From Takakia lepidozioides (lineage: Eukaryota; Plantae; Bryophyta), in contig CM060732.1 of NCBI GenBank assembly GCA_030704615.1, forward strand, positions 40,982,001-41,046,000: a stretch of 64,000 bases of DNA. The letters run 5' to 3'. This document shows positions 26,701 through 37,360 of this stretch, piece after piece. The notes under the pieces are model-generated. The model saw only the letters and a list, made by a program, of their open reading frames with translations. It was not told the origin of the DNA and searched no databases. Both the position numbers and the translations under genes were made by a program. Positions within the stretch are counted from its first letter, which is position 1, and every line of letters starts with the position of its first letter.

Positions 26701-29700
26701 AGAGACCAAGATAGAGGAGGGATGAAGAAGAGCAATTCAAAAGCCATATGTATTGTTTATGGCTAACCATGTCTCACATAAGATTCACATTTTAAATGTA
26801 CCACACAGATAGTCTTTTGTCATACTAACATTCTAAGCACATATGTTCGCTTGGACCTCAGCAGACAACACTTACCTAGCGTCTCCTGCAGTACAGACAA
26901 GTAACACTTAAATGCCTCAGTGATGCCTGTATCTGGATTGATGATTTAACCCAGCAGTAAGGGGTCCGGAGAGAGCTCTAGAAGTCCCAGACAAAGATTA
27001 TGGCACAACCAGGAGGCATCATATCAGCTGGTGTTCAAATCACAAGGCTATCGAAATGGAAACACTTCAAAGAGCCTAGATATACATCTTATATGTTGAT
27101 GCCTACAGATGAGAAGTACCTTACGCAAAAACAGTATCCGGTTTAGAGGTGCCAACGCATGGGGTTCTTCAACTGGGTTGGATGTCAGGTCCAACACTTC
27201 CAATCTACGAAAAGCATCGTTGCTGAGCTTGAGCTGACCAAATGTGTACACCAGTTTGTTCAGACAGATAACAACCATTTCTGCTGGATGAGCCTTGGAT
27301 GGTCTAAATCATCAGTATGTTTGAAAGAGAGTCCACTACTGACAACATGTGATTCCAGCATAATGGTTTACGACTATCTCACTGCTCCTTGGGAATTTTC
27401 CTTAATGATGTGCAACTAAATCAAATAGTCAAAGAAATACTTCCTTGGAGGTTTGAGTAGCGAGGAACCTGCTCAGGAACGCCCCTTATTAAATTATGCT
27501 GTAGGTGGAGTCTCTCCAACAATGGCAGCTGCACAACCATGGGAAATAAAAAATGTCTGCGAAGTACAAATGGATTATTAAACTAGATAGCTGATCTATT
27601 CTTAACCGAAATCTCCAGGAGTATTAGGTTTCATTGACTTTTTCAAAACATCCCCCAACCAAGTTGAATCTATCTGACAATTCGTACTAAACCTTTGGAT
27701 GTACATGAACATCAGAATGCATGGGGAGAGAAGGGTTGGAACCTGTGGATAGAAACCTAAAGAGAAGGCACAGAAATGCCAAGTTTCCAACAAACAGTGA
27801 AAAGGGGGAAGAAGAATTGTAGATAAGCAGCTTGTAGCAACCATGAACCTTGCTCAGGGTGAGAAGGCATTGATCTGATAGCCCATTTCCTGCTGCACTT
27901 AGCTTCCGCAAACACCGATACCCATTCATCATGCCAGTTACATCCGGGATCACCTCCAAATTGTTGTAGTCCATATTGAGCTTATGCAGTGAGGGTAGCA
28001 AAGACAGTGTAACCATGACCAATGGATCCAAATGGTTGTAGGAGACATCCAAGACCTGCAATATACTTCATGTTCAACTTCGACTGGATAGTGATCAAAC
28101 CTCTCTAGGTGGACCCAAAGATCTGCCAGTTACCTGCATAAGGTACTCCATCTCTGTTTGAATTTTTATTTTAGTTTCTGAGCCCAGATGACAAAGGTTC
28201 TGACCAGCAATACCACACTGCTGCAGCAGAGGGAAGAAGCTGAGAGCAGGTATTTCACAGCAAATAGTGCTACCCTGTGACATGGACCCTGATGGCATCT
28301 CCTGTTCATAATTGCTCTGTCTAGCCCTTGTCCTTTACAGTACGCTGGGAGTGATCCATAGCCAGTTGTTACCTCTCATTCCAGGGAGAGCAACAGCGCT
28401 GAAATCAATTCTAGTATGATGTCAATCCGCAGAGGCACACAATTCCCTTGACTGAATGGTGGTTGTTGGAGACCAGCTACTGCAGGGTTAGGATATCCTG
28501 GCACTGATGCATCATAGCCAACCATCAGTAGTTTTTTTTTGGCTCTGGTTTTGTTTCCTCTCTCATGTTTTTTTCCCATTTTGTCCCATAAGCTCTTTGA
28601 GCTTTCCGCAGACGTTATAAAGTACCATTTCATTTCGTTTCATTTGTCTTTCTTTTGTTCACCAGGCTACGGCAAATAGTCATATGAGTACATCTTTCTT
28701 TGGTTCACCCTCTGACATTATAAAGTTACTTCTTTAGATTTATCTTTCCCTCTTTGTTTCTCTCTTCACCCTGCTCCAAGAACTTCAGTCTCGCCCTGAC
28801 AACGCAAGAAATGAAGTCGAAAGAGCAGTGGACTCTTGGGAGAGTTTCGTTTCCTCCGTGGCTGACAAGATCATTGGGAGGAAACTAATTGTCTGCGGTA
28901 GAGCTGTTAATTGGTGGACCAATGAGATTAAACTCAAGATAGCTGAGAGACGAGCCCTCTATAAAGAGTGCTGCAATTTGAAAACCAACAGAGAATTGTG
29001 GGCGAGGTACTACCAGCTCCGTAAAGATATCAATCAGCTTGTTAGGTCTCAGAAGAAATTATACTGGGACAAGTTATACAGTGAAATAAACTCAAACCAC
29101 CATACAAGAAATTCTGGTTGGCCCTTCAACGTTTGTACAAGCCGAAAAACGGTCAGCAAGTACAAGCGCTGAAGACTACTAAAGGTGCAGTGGTGACTTT
29201 ATCGGTTGACATTGTCAAAACCTTTGAAAATCACTACAGTATCCTTGGCAGAACTTCTAGGTCTAACAGTGAGGGGTCTTCTGCTGAATGGAGGGACACA
29301 GTTGGAAAAACTGTTCCTATGATTCAAAACAACCCTGATGAACTGGAGTATATTTCAATGGCTTATAACGCTCCCATTAGTTCTTCTGAGATTGTGGAAG
29401 CAATTGAACATTTAAATGGATATAAAGCTGGTGGACCTGATGGTATTGTCAACGAGCTTATCAAGCACGGTGGCGATCCCATGATAGAGGCCCTAGTTCT
29501 CCTCTTTAACCTTATCTGGAAGACTGAAATGATCCCCTTACGCTGGCGACAGGGGGTCATTGTCAATCTATACAAGAAGGGTGACAGAGAAGAACCGGGG
29601 AACTACCGTGGCATCACGCTCCTCAATGCTGTTGGCAAGACATTCTGCAGAGTTATGAGTACTCGTCTCGAGATTGATCTGGAGTCTAGAGGTTGTTTCC

Positions 29701-32700
29701 ACGAAGGCCAAGCTGGCTTTCGGCGAAACAGGGGCTGTGTGGATCATATCTTCACTCTAAGCCAGATTATCCAGGGAAGGAAAAAAGAAGGGAAACCCAC
29801 TAATGTTTTTTTCCTGGATGTCAAAAAGGCTTATGACACAGTGTGGAGAGATGGCCTATGGTTCCGCCTCTGGTCTTGTGGGATCAAGGGAAAGATGTGG
29901 AGAGTTGTCCACAACTTGTATGCTCACACCAAAAGCTGTGTCACTGTTAACGGACAGAAGTCCAACTTCTTTGACATAGACCAAGGTGTAGCTCAAGGAT
30001 GTACTCTCTCCCCTCTGCTCTTCAATGTTTTCATCAATCAACTCCTCGAGGATGTGGAAAGTGAGGGATTTGGGTTAAGGGTGGGTGATACCACCATACC
30101 AGCCCTTATGTTTGCGGATGACTTCGCAGGCATAGGGGACTCCAGGAGTTGATTGATTGCGCGAAGAGATACTTTGATCTTTGGGGGCTAGAGGCTAATA
30201 TGCAGTGGTAGCATTCAACGACAGAGGAGAGGGAGGAAGTGATCTTAAGTGGCAGTGGGGTAGCCAAGAGATCCCGGTCCTCCCTTCCTACACTTACCTG
30301 GGCGTTGAGTTTTCCTCCAATTGTAATTGGGATGCACATATCCGGAAAGTTGTTCAAACTGGCAAGGGCAAAGCTCTGGGGCTCACTAAATTTTTCCACT
30401 GCAGAGGGGTCAACTCTGAGGTTAAGAAAACCATGCTTTGTCGTGTTATTAGACCTGCCTTGGAGTATGGATCTGCAATATGGGTTGATAACTCCAACCA
30501 GCTAAGTCTCTAGAATCCATTCAAGTGGGGGTGCTTAAGGAGTGTATGTCAGCATGCTCCAAACAGCCAATGTGGCTGTTCGGGGTGAGTTTGGCATTCC
30601 GTCCTTAAGCTCCCGACGAGATGAATTCAAGGTCAGATGGTGGGGTCAGCTGCAACATATGTCCAACACCAGATATCCTAAGTTAATCGACTCTATATCT
30701 TGGAAACAGGACCGCCCTGTCAAACAGGCTAAGTCCTGGCAGAAGAGAGTAGAAGAGATTCTCAAGGACCTGGACCTGGATCCGCAAGTCTTGACCCTGC
30801 TGGATAAATCTGACTTAGAGGCTGTAGTGTCCAAAGCCATGTCTGTTGCCATGAGATTGTCTGATGAAAATGAAGTTAGGCAGAAAACTTCCCTGAACTT
30901 GTTTCCAGTCAGTGACATGGGGGAGGACATCTTGGATGACCTCAAGGGTCTACCCACTCTCGGCACTCGACTGAAATTTAAACTCAGGGCAGGAAGCCTA
31001 CCTTTGAACAGCAAACAGAAGCAGAGAGGAAAGGGAGAGTGCAATTGCCCGTTGTGTGGGCAATCTGAAGACAGTATTCATTTTCTGATACACTGTCCGG
31101 GGTTCTCTCACCAAAGAGACGCTCTCTTCAAATCTATCAAGGGAATTGTGCCTGTACCCCTGTTTACCAACTTTGAAAGTCTCGAGGCTGAGCCAAAAGC
31201 CCAGGCCCTCCTGAGGCCTAGTTTTTGGGCAAATCACACACAGCAGATTGATGCTTGCGTGAAGGGATTTCTAGAGGATATCTGGAAAACCCGGATTAAT
31301 TCTATATATGAAGGTAAGTCTTACTACCAACGTCAGCCCCTGACAGAGGTAGGTTCTGTCCCTTTTGTTCCCGCTCAAACTGGGCGCGGGGTCAATGGCC
31401 ACAAGGCTACGGCAAACAACGTCTTATGAGTACAATCTCTTCACCCTATCATCAGGCCTTCCCTCATGATTTTGTATCAGTATTTACACTCTACTCAGTT
31501 CCCTTCACCCACTAGTAGTTAACTACCTATGAAAATAAGTTTTTCTGCTACGCACCAAGTACCCAATCAGAGATCCATGTGGATGGTTTAGACACTACAA
31601 GTAATGCCTACCATTAAGGGTACAAAATAATACAAGGAAGGGACTTCTTTGTTTCACGCTTTCTTTCTCTATGAGCTTTCCGCGGACGTTATAAAGCACC
31701 ATTTCATTTCTTTGAGCAGTAGTTGCTTTTGGGCTGCTTGTTGGCTCTGGTTTTGTCTCCTCTCTCAATTTGTCCCATAAGCTCTTTGAGCTTTCCACGA
31801 ACGTTATAAAGTACCATTTCATTTCATTTCATAATCCTTTCCTTGCATTAATTGAAAATGGCCCTGGCAGAACTAGTGAAGTCAGAGATACAACACAAAT
31901 TATGATGAACTGATAGGGTACCTCAAGCATTTCAAAGCTGCCATGTGGTATGACCAACTCAAACAGCTGATTGCACTGAAGGTTCAGTTTCCTCAAGGAA
32001 CAAAATGAGCTCAAAGATTCCTGCAGTCCAGAATTGTGGAATGAGATTGAGGTGTATGAGAATTATGTCATCAACAATGTGCATATTTTTATCTCCTACA
32101 AACATAATACCCAGGTATACTACACCCTTCCAACAAAAAGCACGGATCATGAAACCCTATCCTATTCTCAGGTTGCAAGTAAGGCTGGTACAGGACGCTA
32201 AGCTACATTCGAAGTGAACCTTCTACAACCGATAGTTTTTAAGAAAAATGACTGCCCTGCCCCTTACACTGTACCATGGCCACATAATTCTCAGAGAGAT
32301 CAAGACATTGGAGGGCCGTGAAACATAGAAGTGTAGAAGTGTCCACATGGTTGATTCCAAGGTTCGCCAGCTTCACATATCTCAGGTTCTCGGCTGCTGC
32401 AACCCCACCTTCATCAAGCTGCACCAATTGGGTGGAATGTTATTAAGCTAAACGCAACAGGCAAGAAAAGATATAGCCTTCAAATCTGCATAACCTGAAG
32501 TGCAGTGGATTGGAAGTGGAAATAGCTACATGTACACACTTCATTAAAAAGGGAGTAATCATCTATTTTCAACTGTTGTACAAACAACGTTCAGCTTCAA
32601 TTTCCCCCCTGGAGTTTAAATTCGGTTGCTTTGGTTATCCAGACTGTCTGTTGTTACTCTGGATTCACCCCTGAGATGTGTATGCGATTCTCAATGCCCT

Positions 32701-33775
32701 GTCCAGTTTCGATTGATCGGGGTGGCCAGGGTTCAAATCATACAAGCAATTGGCTGTCAAGAGTATTCCCTCGCGCATTCCACGGCAAAAGGTTTTGAAG
32801 GTAACTGTGCCTCCTCTTCCTTTTCCCCAATCTGCTCCTGGACGTCATTCCCTTTCCACGCCGACGTGCTGCGACTTGAAATACAATCTTTGCCGGCTTT
32901 ACTGAGGGCTTGTGAAACCGTTGGAACCCCTTTGGTCTTGAACTTTTCCTCGAGGGTTTAGCAGCATCCTCCTTCAATAGAATGGGCCATTGCTGCTCCT
33001 CATCTTCTCCCTCTGGCACCTCAAGTAACAATTCGGCAATAGTTGTTAGGCGTCCCACCTTCCGCTTCCGCAAACCCCATACAATCTCCTGCGATTGAGC
33101 CCGTCTAGGTGTTGGCCTTCGTGTCTTTGGAGGTCTTTCTACTTTGCTCGAGAATTCGTCCTCAATTTCTGGTTTCGATTTACCTTGCTCTACTTGGTCG
33201 ATGATAGTGCTCAACCAAACTTGCAATTCTTGCTCATGATTGCCATACAGCAAAGTGCTTTTCAGATCTTGAGTTTCTAAGAGATCCGCAGTAACACTCT
33301 GCGTCACAGGTCCCTCATTTACCTTTTCCTTCCCCTTCCCTCCAGCATAACCAGTTTCACTAATCATCTTCAGGGATCGGTCTTTGTGAGTGATTTGCTT
33401 GACTGCATCCTGTATGTCAGTCTGATCTGTCTTTTGCATTTTATCTGTACTTTCTCCATCTTCCACTTTGGCAGGTTCTTCTCCAAGTACTTCTGTTTCC
33501 TTTGTGCTGGACATTGCTGCGTCTTTCTCTTTCCGGGATCCACGTTTGAGTGACGTTAAACTTCTTCCCCGGCCTTGCGCCCTTTGGTCGGACGATTTTC
33601 TGTCCTGCAAAAGAGAGTTTTTGACATTGGCGACCGTGCTCTTGGTTAGTTTCTCTTGGTCTGCAGCTGATTTGTTACGCTTTCGTGGAGATGATCCAAG
33701 GAGACTCTTTCCTTTCTTAGATGGTCTGCTCCCTGTTGTTCTTGCATCGTCACTCCTTGATTCTGTTATTTCCAT
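23731..33775 (-). CDS. XRRA1-like leucine-rich repeat protein (multi-exon; long charged first exon ~33775-32744)
   Basis: GNTLDSQLL|LDEGGVAAAENLRYVKLANLGI...LQCLDLSEN, LRKLNLQCNQL, VLDVSYNHL, LHKLNMDYNNL, LRKLSAAGNGL and AFRRLEVLDLTSNP follow the LRR order of XRRA1-family proteins. Some middle exons are not fully resolved. Confidence 0.7.
26636..26700 (-). repeat. Short interspersed 3'-end fragment with (CATTT)n tail, copy 1
   Basis: Reverse complement reads ATTTTGTCCCATAAGCTCTATGAGCTTTCTGCGGACGTTATAAAGTACCATTTCATTTCAT, near-identical to the copies at ~28578, ~31667 and ~31768. Confidence 0.8.
28540..28646 (+). repeat. Short interspersed 3'-end fragment with (CATTT)n tail, copy 2
   Basis: GGCTCTGGTTTTGTTTCCTCTCTC...TTTGTCCCATAAGCTCTTTGAGCTTTCCGCAGACGTTATAAAGTACCATTTCATTTCGTTTCATTT. 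Confidence 0.8.
28760..31447 (+). mobile_element. 5'-truncated, frameshifted non-LTR retrotransposon (LINE, possibly RTE-X clade), antisense within an XRRA1-like intron
   Basis: RT motifs KAGGPDGI, PGNYRGITLL, QAGFRRNRGCVDHI, FLDVKKAYDTV, GVAQGCTLSPLLF, MFADD, YTYLGV; C-terminal CPLCGQSEDSIHFLIHC zinc finger; split over four ORFs; no endonuclease domain seen. Confidence 0.93.
31665..31832 (+). repeat. Two tandem short 3'-end fragments with (CATTT)n tails, copies 3 and 4
   Basis: CTCTATGAGCTTTCCGCGGACGTTATAAAGCACCATTTCATTTC followed by GGCTCTGGTTTTGTCTCCTCTCTCAATTTGTCCCATAAGCTCTTTGAGCTTTCCACGAACGTTATAAAGTACCATTTCATTTCATTTCAT. Confidence 0.8.
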
Positions 33776-34568
33776 TCGCACTTGACTGGAACGGGTTTCA
33801 ATTGCATGACCAGGTTCGCTTCAATTGTTTCATGCAATCCTTTGTCTAAGGAATCCCCTCCCTAAGCTCTGGTTCCCTAAATTGTTTTTCGACCACCATG
33901 GCTTACTAGTGATGTATATCCACTTCCCTGTTTCCAAACAGAAGTGTACATGTGTAACTGCAGCAAAGCCGTGAGGATCGATCATCCCTCAATCCAGTCT
34001 GTCAGTTTGATTTCCTTTTTCTCAACTCACCATCCTACTTGCTGAGAAAATACTCACTGATAAAAGCAAGTACTGCAACACTTCACCATCCCTTTCCTCG
34101 AAGCCCCTTCTACCTTTTGCCTGCTTACACCTATCATGGTGAATCCTCAGTCATAACCTAAATTCGTAAGAGCAGAACACAACAGACTGCATTCTTCGTC
34201 TCTCAATTGCAAACAATCCTCCAAACAAGCGAGCGCAAATGCAATCCCGTCTTCAAAAGCACAACGTGCATGTTCTGTTATCATCGTGGAAGGAGAACGA
34301 ACATAAAGAGCATATAGAGAATCTATGTTATCGTTCAAGCGTTTCCAGTGGATGACAGTGGATGGTTTAAGAATCTAATATGAATATCCTTATATTACGT
34401 TCATAGTTAGTTGGAACTTGGAAAGTGGCGCGAAGGAGAAATGACCGGTTATGTCCGGTCAGCGGCTTCTATGCTGAGGCAGGCGACTGGTTAAGACCGG
34501 TAGGATGAGCCTAGTAACCGGCACGTCGCAGTAAGAATACCCGTTTCTTTCCTTTTCTCTCTCTTTTG

Positions 34569-34571
<3 letters not shown>

Positions 34572-34600
<29 letters not shown>
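34572..34600 (+). repeat. (CT)n microsatellite in the ATP3 5' leader
   Basis: Uninterrupted TC repeat about 85 bp upstream of the ATG at 34685. Confidence 0.9.
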
Positions 34601-34604
<4 letters not shown>

Positions 34605-34684
34605 GTTTTAACACCATTTCATTTCATTTCTCTTTCGTTCTCTCTTTCGTTCTTGATTCTTGTTCAAGAGTTTTTGATGCAAGA

Positions 34685-35677
34685 ATGGCGTCGGGGATTG
34701 CTCGTCGAGGATCAGCAGGCATTGCAAAGGGTCTATGGGAAGGGATCTGCTCGAGATCTGCAGCAATGGTTGGTCTGGGATGGGCATCTGCAGGAGTGGG
34801 AGTTGGGAAAATTGCGCCCTTTGGAGCTCGATGGGTGTCCTCGCAGATTTTGAGGACCAGGATGAAGAGCGTCAAGAGTATACAGAAGATCACAAAGGCT
34901 ATGAAGATGGTTGCAGCATCGAAGCTGCGCGGAGGGCAGGTGAAGGCGGAGCGATCGCGGGGGCTGTGGCAGCCCTTCACAGCGCTGCTTGGGGACAATC
35001 CGGGGGTCAATGTGAAGAAGAAGTTGATTGTGACCATCTCATCGGACAAGGGTCTGTGTGGAGGTATCAATTCCACGTCTGTTAAGTACAGCAGAGCTAT
35101 CATGAGGCTGAACGCTCTCATGGGGGCTGACAAGGAGGCAAAATATGTTGTAATTGGTGAGAAGGGCAAGGCGCAATTGCAACGGGATGCCAGGAAGTCA
35201 ATCAACATGTTTATAGGAGAAACACAGAAGCTGAGCATCTGTTTCACTCAAGTTTCTATGATGGCCGACGAGATTTTGAAGAACAATCCTTCCGATGCCT
35301 ACCATGTGGTGTACAACAAATTTAATTCAGTGGTGTCGTACCTGCCCACAGTTGGAACTATTCTGTCCCCGGAGACACAGCTTGGAGGAGAAGGAAAGAT
35401 TGGCGGCTTGGATGCTTATGAAATTGAGGGAGATGAGTCGCAGGCGGAGGCGTTGCAGAACTTGTCTGAGTTTCAATTTGCAGCAATGATGTACAATGCA
35501 ATGCTGGAGAATGCCTGCAGTGAGTCTGGAGCGCGCATGTCAGCCATGGACAACTCTAGCAAGAATGCTACTGATATGCTTGATCGTCTCACTCTCACCT
35601 ACAACAGAGGGCGGCAGGCTAAGATTACTACGGAGCTGATTGAGATCATTTCAGGCGCTGCTGCATTATCGGGCTAG
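34685..35677 (+). CDS. ATP3: Mitochondrial F1 ATP synthase gamma subunit, intronless
   Basis: Presequence followed by RMKSVKSIQKITKAMKMVAASKL, SSDKGLCGGINS, SESGARMSAMDNSSKNA and YNRGRQAKITTELIEIISGAAAL in one 330-aa ORF. Confidence 0.97.
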   Translation: MASGIARRGSAGIAKGLWEGICSRSAAMVGLGWASAGVGVGKIAPFGARWVSSQILRTRMKSVKSIQKITKAMKMVAASKLRGGQVKAERSRGLWQPFTALLGDNPGVNVKKKLIVTISSDKGLCGGINSTSVKYSRAIMRLNALMGADKEAKYVVIGEKGKAQLQRDARKSINMFIGETQKLSICFTQVSMMADEILKNNPSDAYHVVYNKFNSVVSYLPTVGTILSPETQLGGEGKIGGLDAYEIEGDESQAEALQNLSEFQFAAMMYNAMLENACSESGARMSAMDNSSKNATDMLDRLTLTYNRGRQAKITTELIEIISGAAALSG

Positions 35678-37360
35678 GCTTATCCTGGAGGTGGGTATTC
35701 TTGAAAAACTGGCTGGTGGCTGCCTGGCATATGTCTGGTGTTGTTGCGACCGAGGATGTTTGATCTTTTGAAGAATGCAACACTCAACAATATGACGAAT
35801 CAGGGGAAGGGTACTGCCAGCCTACTGATCCAAATCTTGGAACTCACTGTACACCTGCATGGCAGGCCCGACGTCAAAGGAATGTGATTTCGAAAGTTGC
35901 ATTGTAAGATATTAGAGAAAATCCTAAGAGGTATGGTTTTGGATGCAGATTGGTTGTCTGTACCAGAGACTTGCATTGGAGACAGATGTTCCGCTACTTA
36001 TGTGTACCCATTGCCGGAAGGTATGCATACTCTTACAAGGCCTCGTTTCATTTGGATCCCCAAGCCATGTGGGGGCAACTTGGTCAGGAAAGAACAATAA
36101 GGAAAGCACAATAGAAGGCACAAGCAAACACAGTTATCACACTATGGCGGAATGCCCGAGTCGTTTCTCTCTCCCCTGACATGCCGATGACTAGTAAAAT
36201 CTCACTTGACGATTCATCAAAAGCCTCAGTTTTGAAGGATGATTCTATGTTCTGATCTACCGGCCTTCATGGAAGGTCAGCTTTTTGAAGTCTTTGAAAC
36301 TTTATAAGTCACTACGAAAGTGCAGAAGTTGTCAAATATACAGTGTGCCATGTGTAGAGCGTGCCATCTCGCTTGGCTGCTATGGAGCCCATGAGCAAAA
36401 AGTCATACCCAGCAAATCTCCGGCATAGTTGGAGGTTCTCTCTGGATCAGGTTTGGGACCTTCAAATTCCTTCCCTTGCCTCCCATGTATGTATAGGGGA
36501 CAACCACCAATGGGGTCAGGCAACCAACCAGCAGTGCAATCTGTGTCATTGAATGGTTATATTGTGTGAAGCTGTGCACATGAGTTATCAGATTTCCCTC
36601 ATATTTCGCTATTAACGACACAGGATCCAGGAATCCATGACCCATCTGAAATCCTCTTGACCTGGTACATCACAGCAACCCTTTCATAAGATAGGCCTAT
36701 CCTTGCAAGGATACTGGATCTGAGCATTGCTACAGTCCATCTTATTAAGAGTTCAGTGTTCCATCTGTGTTGCAAAACCTGAAGGCAATACTTCTACATG
36801 GTCGTCCCAATCGATTGATGAAATACAAGGTGCATAAAGACACTGGTAGAGGAGAACCATACATCAAGAGAGCATCATGCAGAGACTTTGTGCGTCCAGT
36901 GTGCATGGAGTCTTTTGGCATTTGAGTCTCCCTCTTTCAAATAATGTCTCATGTCAACCCCCGAAAAAGTAGATAATAATAATACACAACCCTAATCACC
37001 TGGACTTAACAATGAATTCCACCACCCCTTCAAATGCAAGCATCAGTTTAACCGATACTCGGTTTATTACATAGGAAAAGTGCCGCTACAGGCAAGACTT
37101 GAACCTCTCCATATTTTCATTGGGAGTGATCCAATACTGATTTTTACAACATCCTATTTACAGAACTATCAAAATTCGAATTATCAAAATTCACCTGAGG
37201 CTCTGGAGATAGTAGACCGTAGGAACATCTCTGAATTGGGACTTGGTACCTCTTCTCAACACTTGAGCTGCTGCGTAGTTGGTGGACTAATCTCTGGTTT
37301 TTCAATCTCAAAGTCTGAAAGGTGTTGGAGCATGCAAGGGGCTCGCAACAAGGAGGGTGG

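Noticed and set aside
32738-32960. Apparent frameshift or premature stop at the end of the 347-aa ORF
   Set aside because: The stop lies inside a GTATGA splice donor after ...LDSQLL, and the exon joins the next LRR exon in frame.
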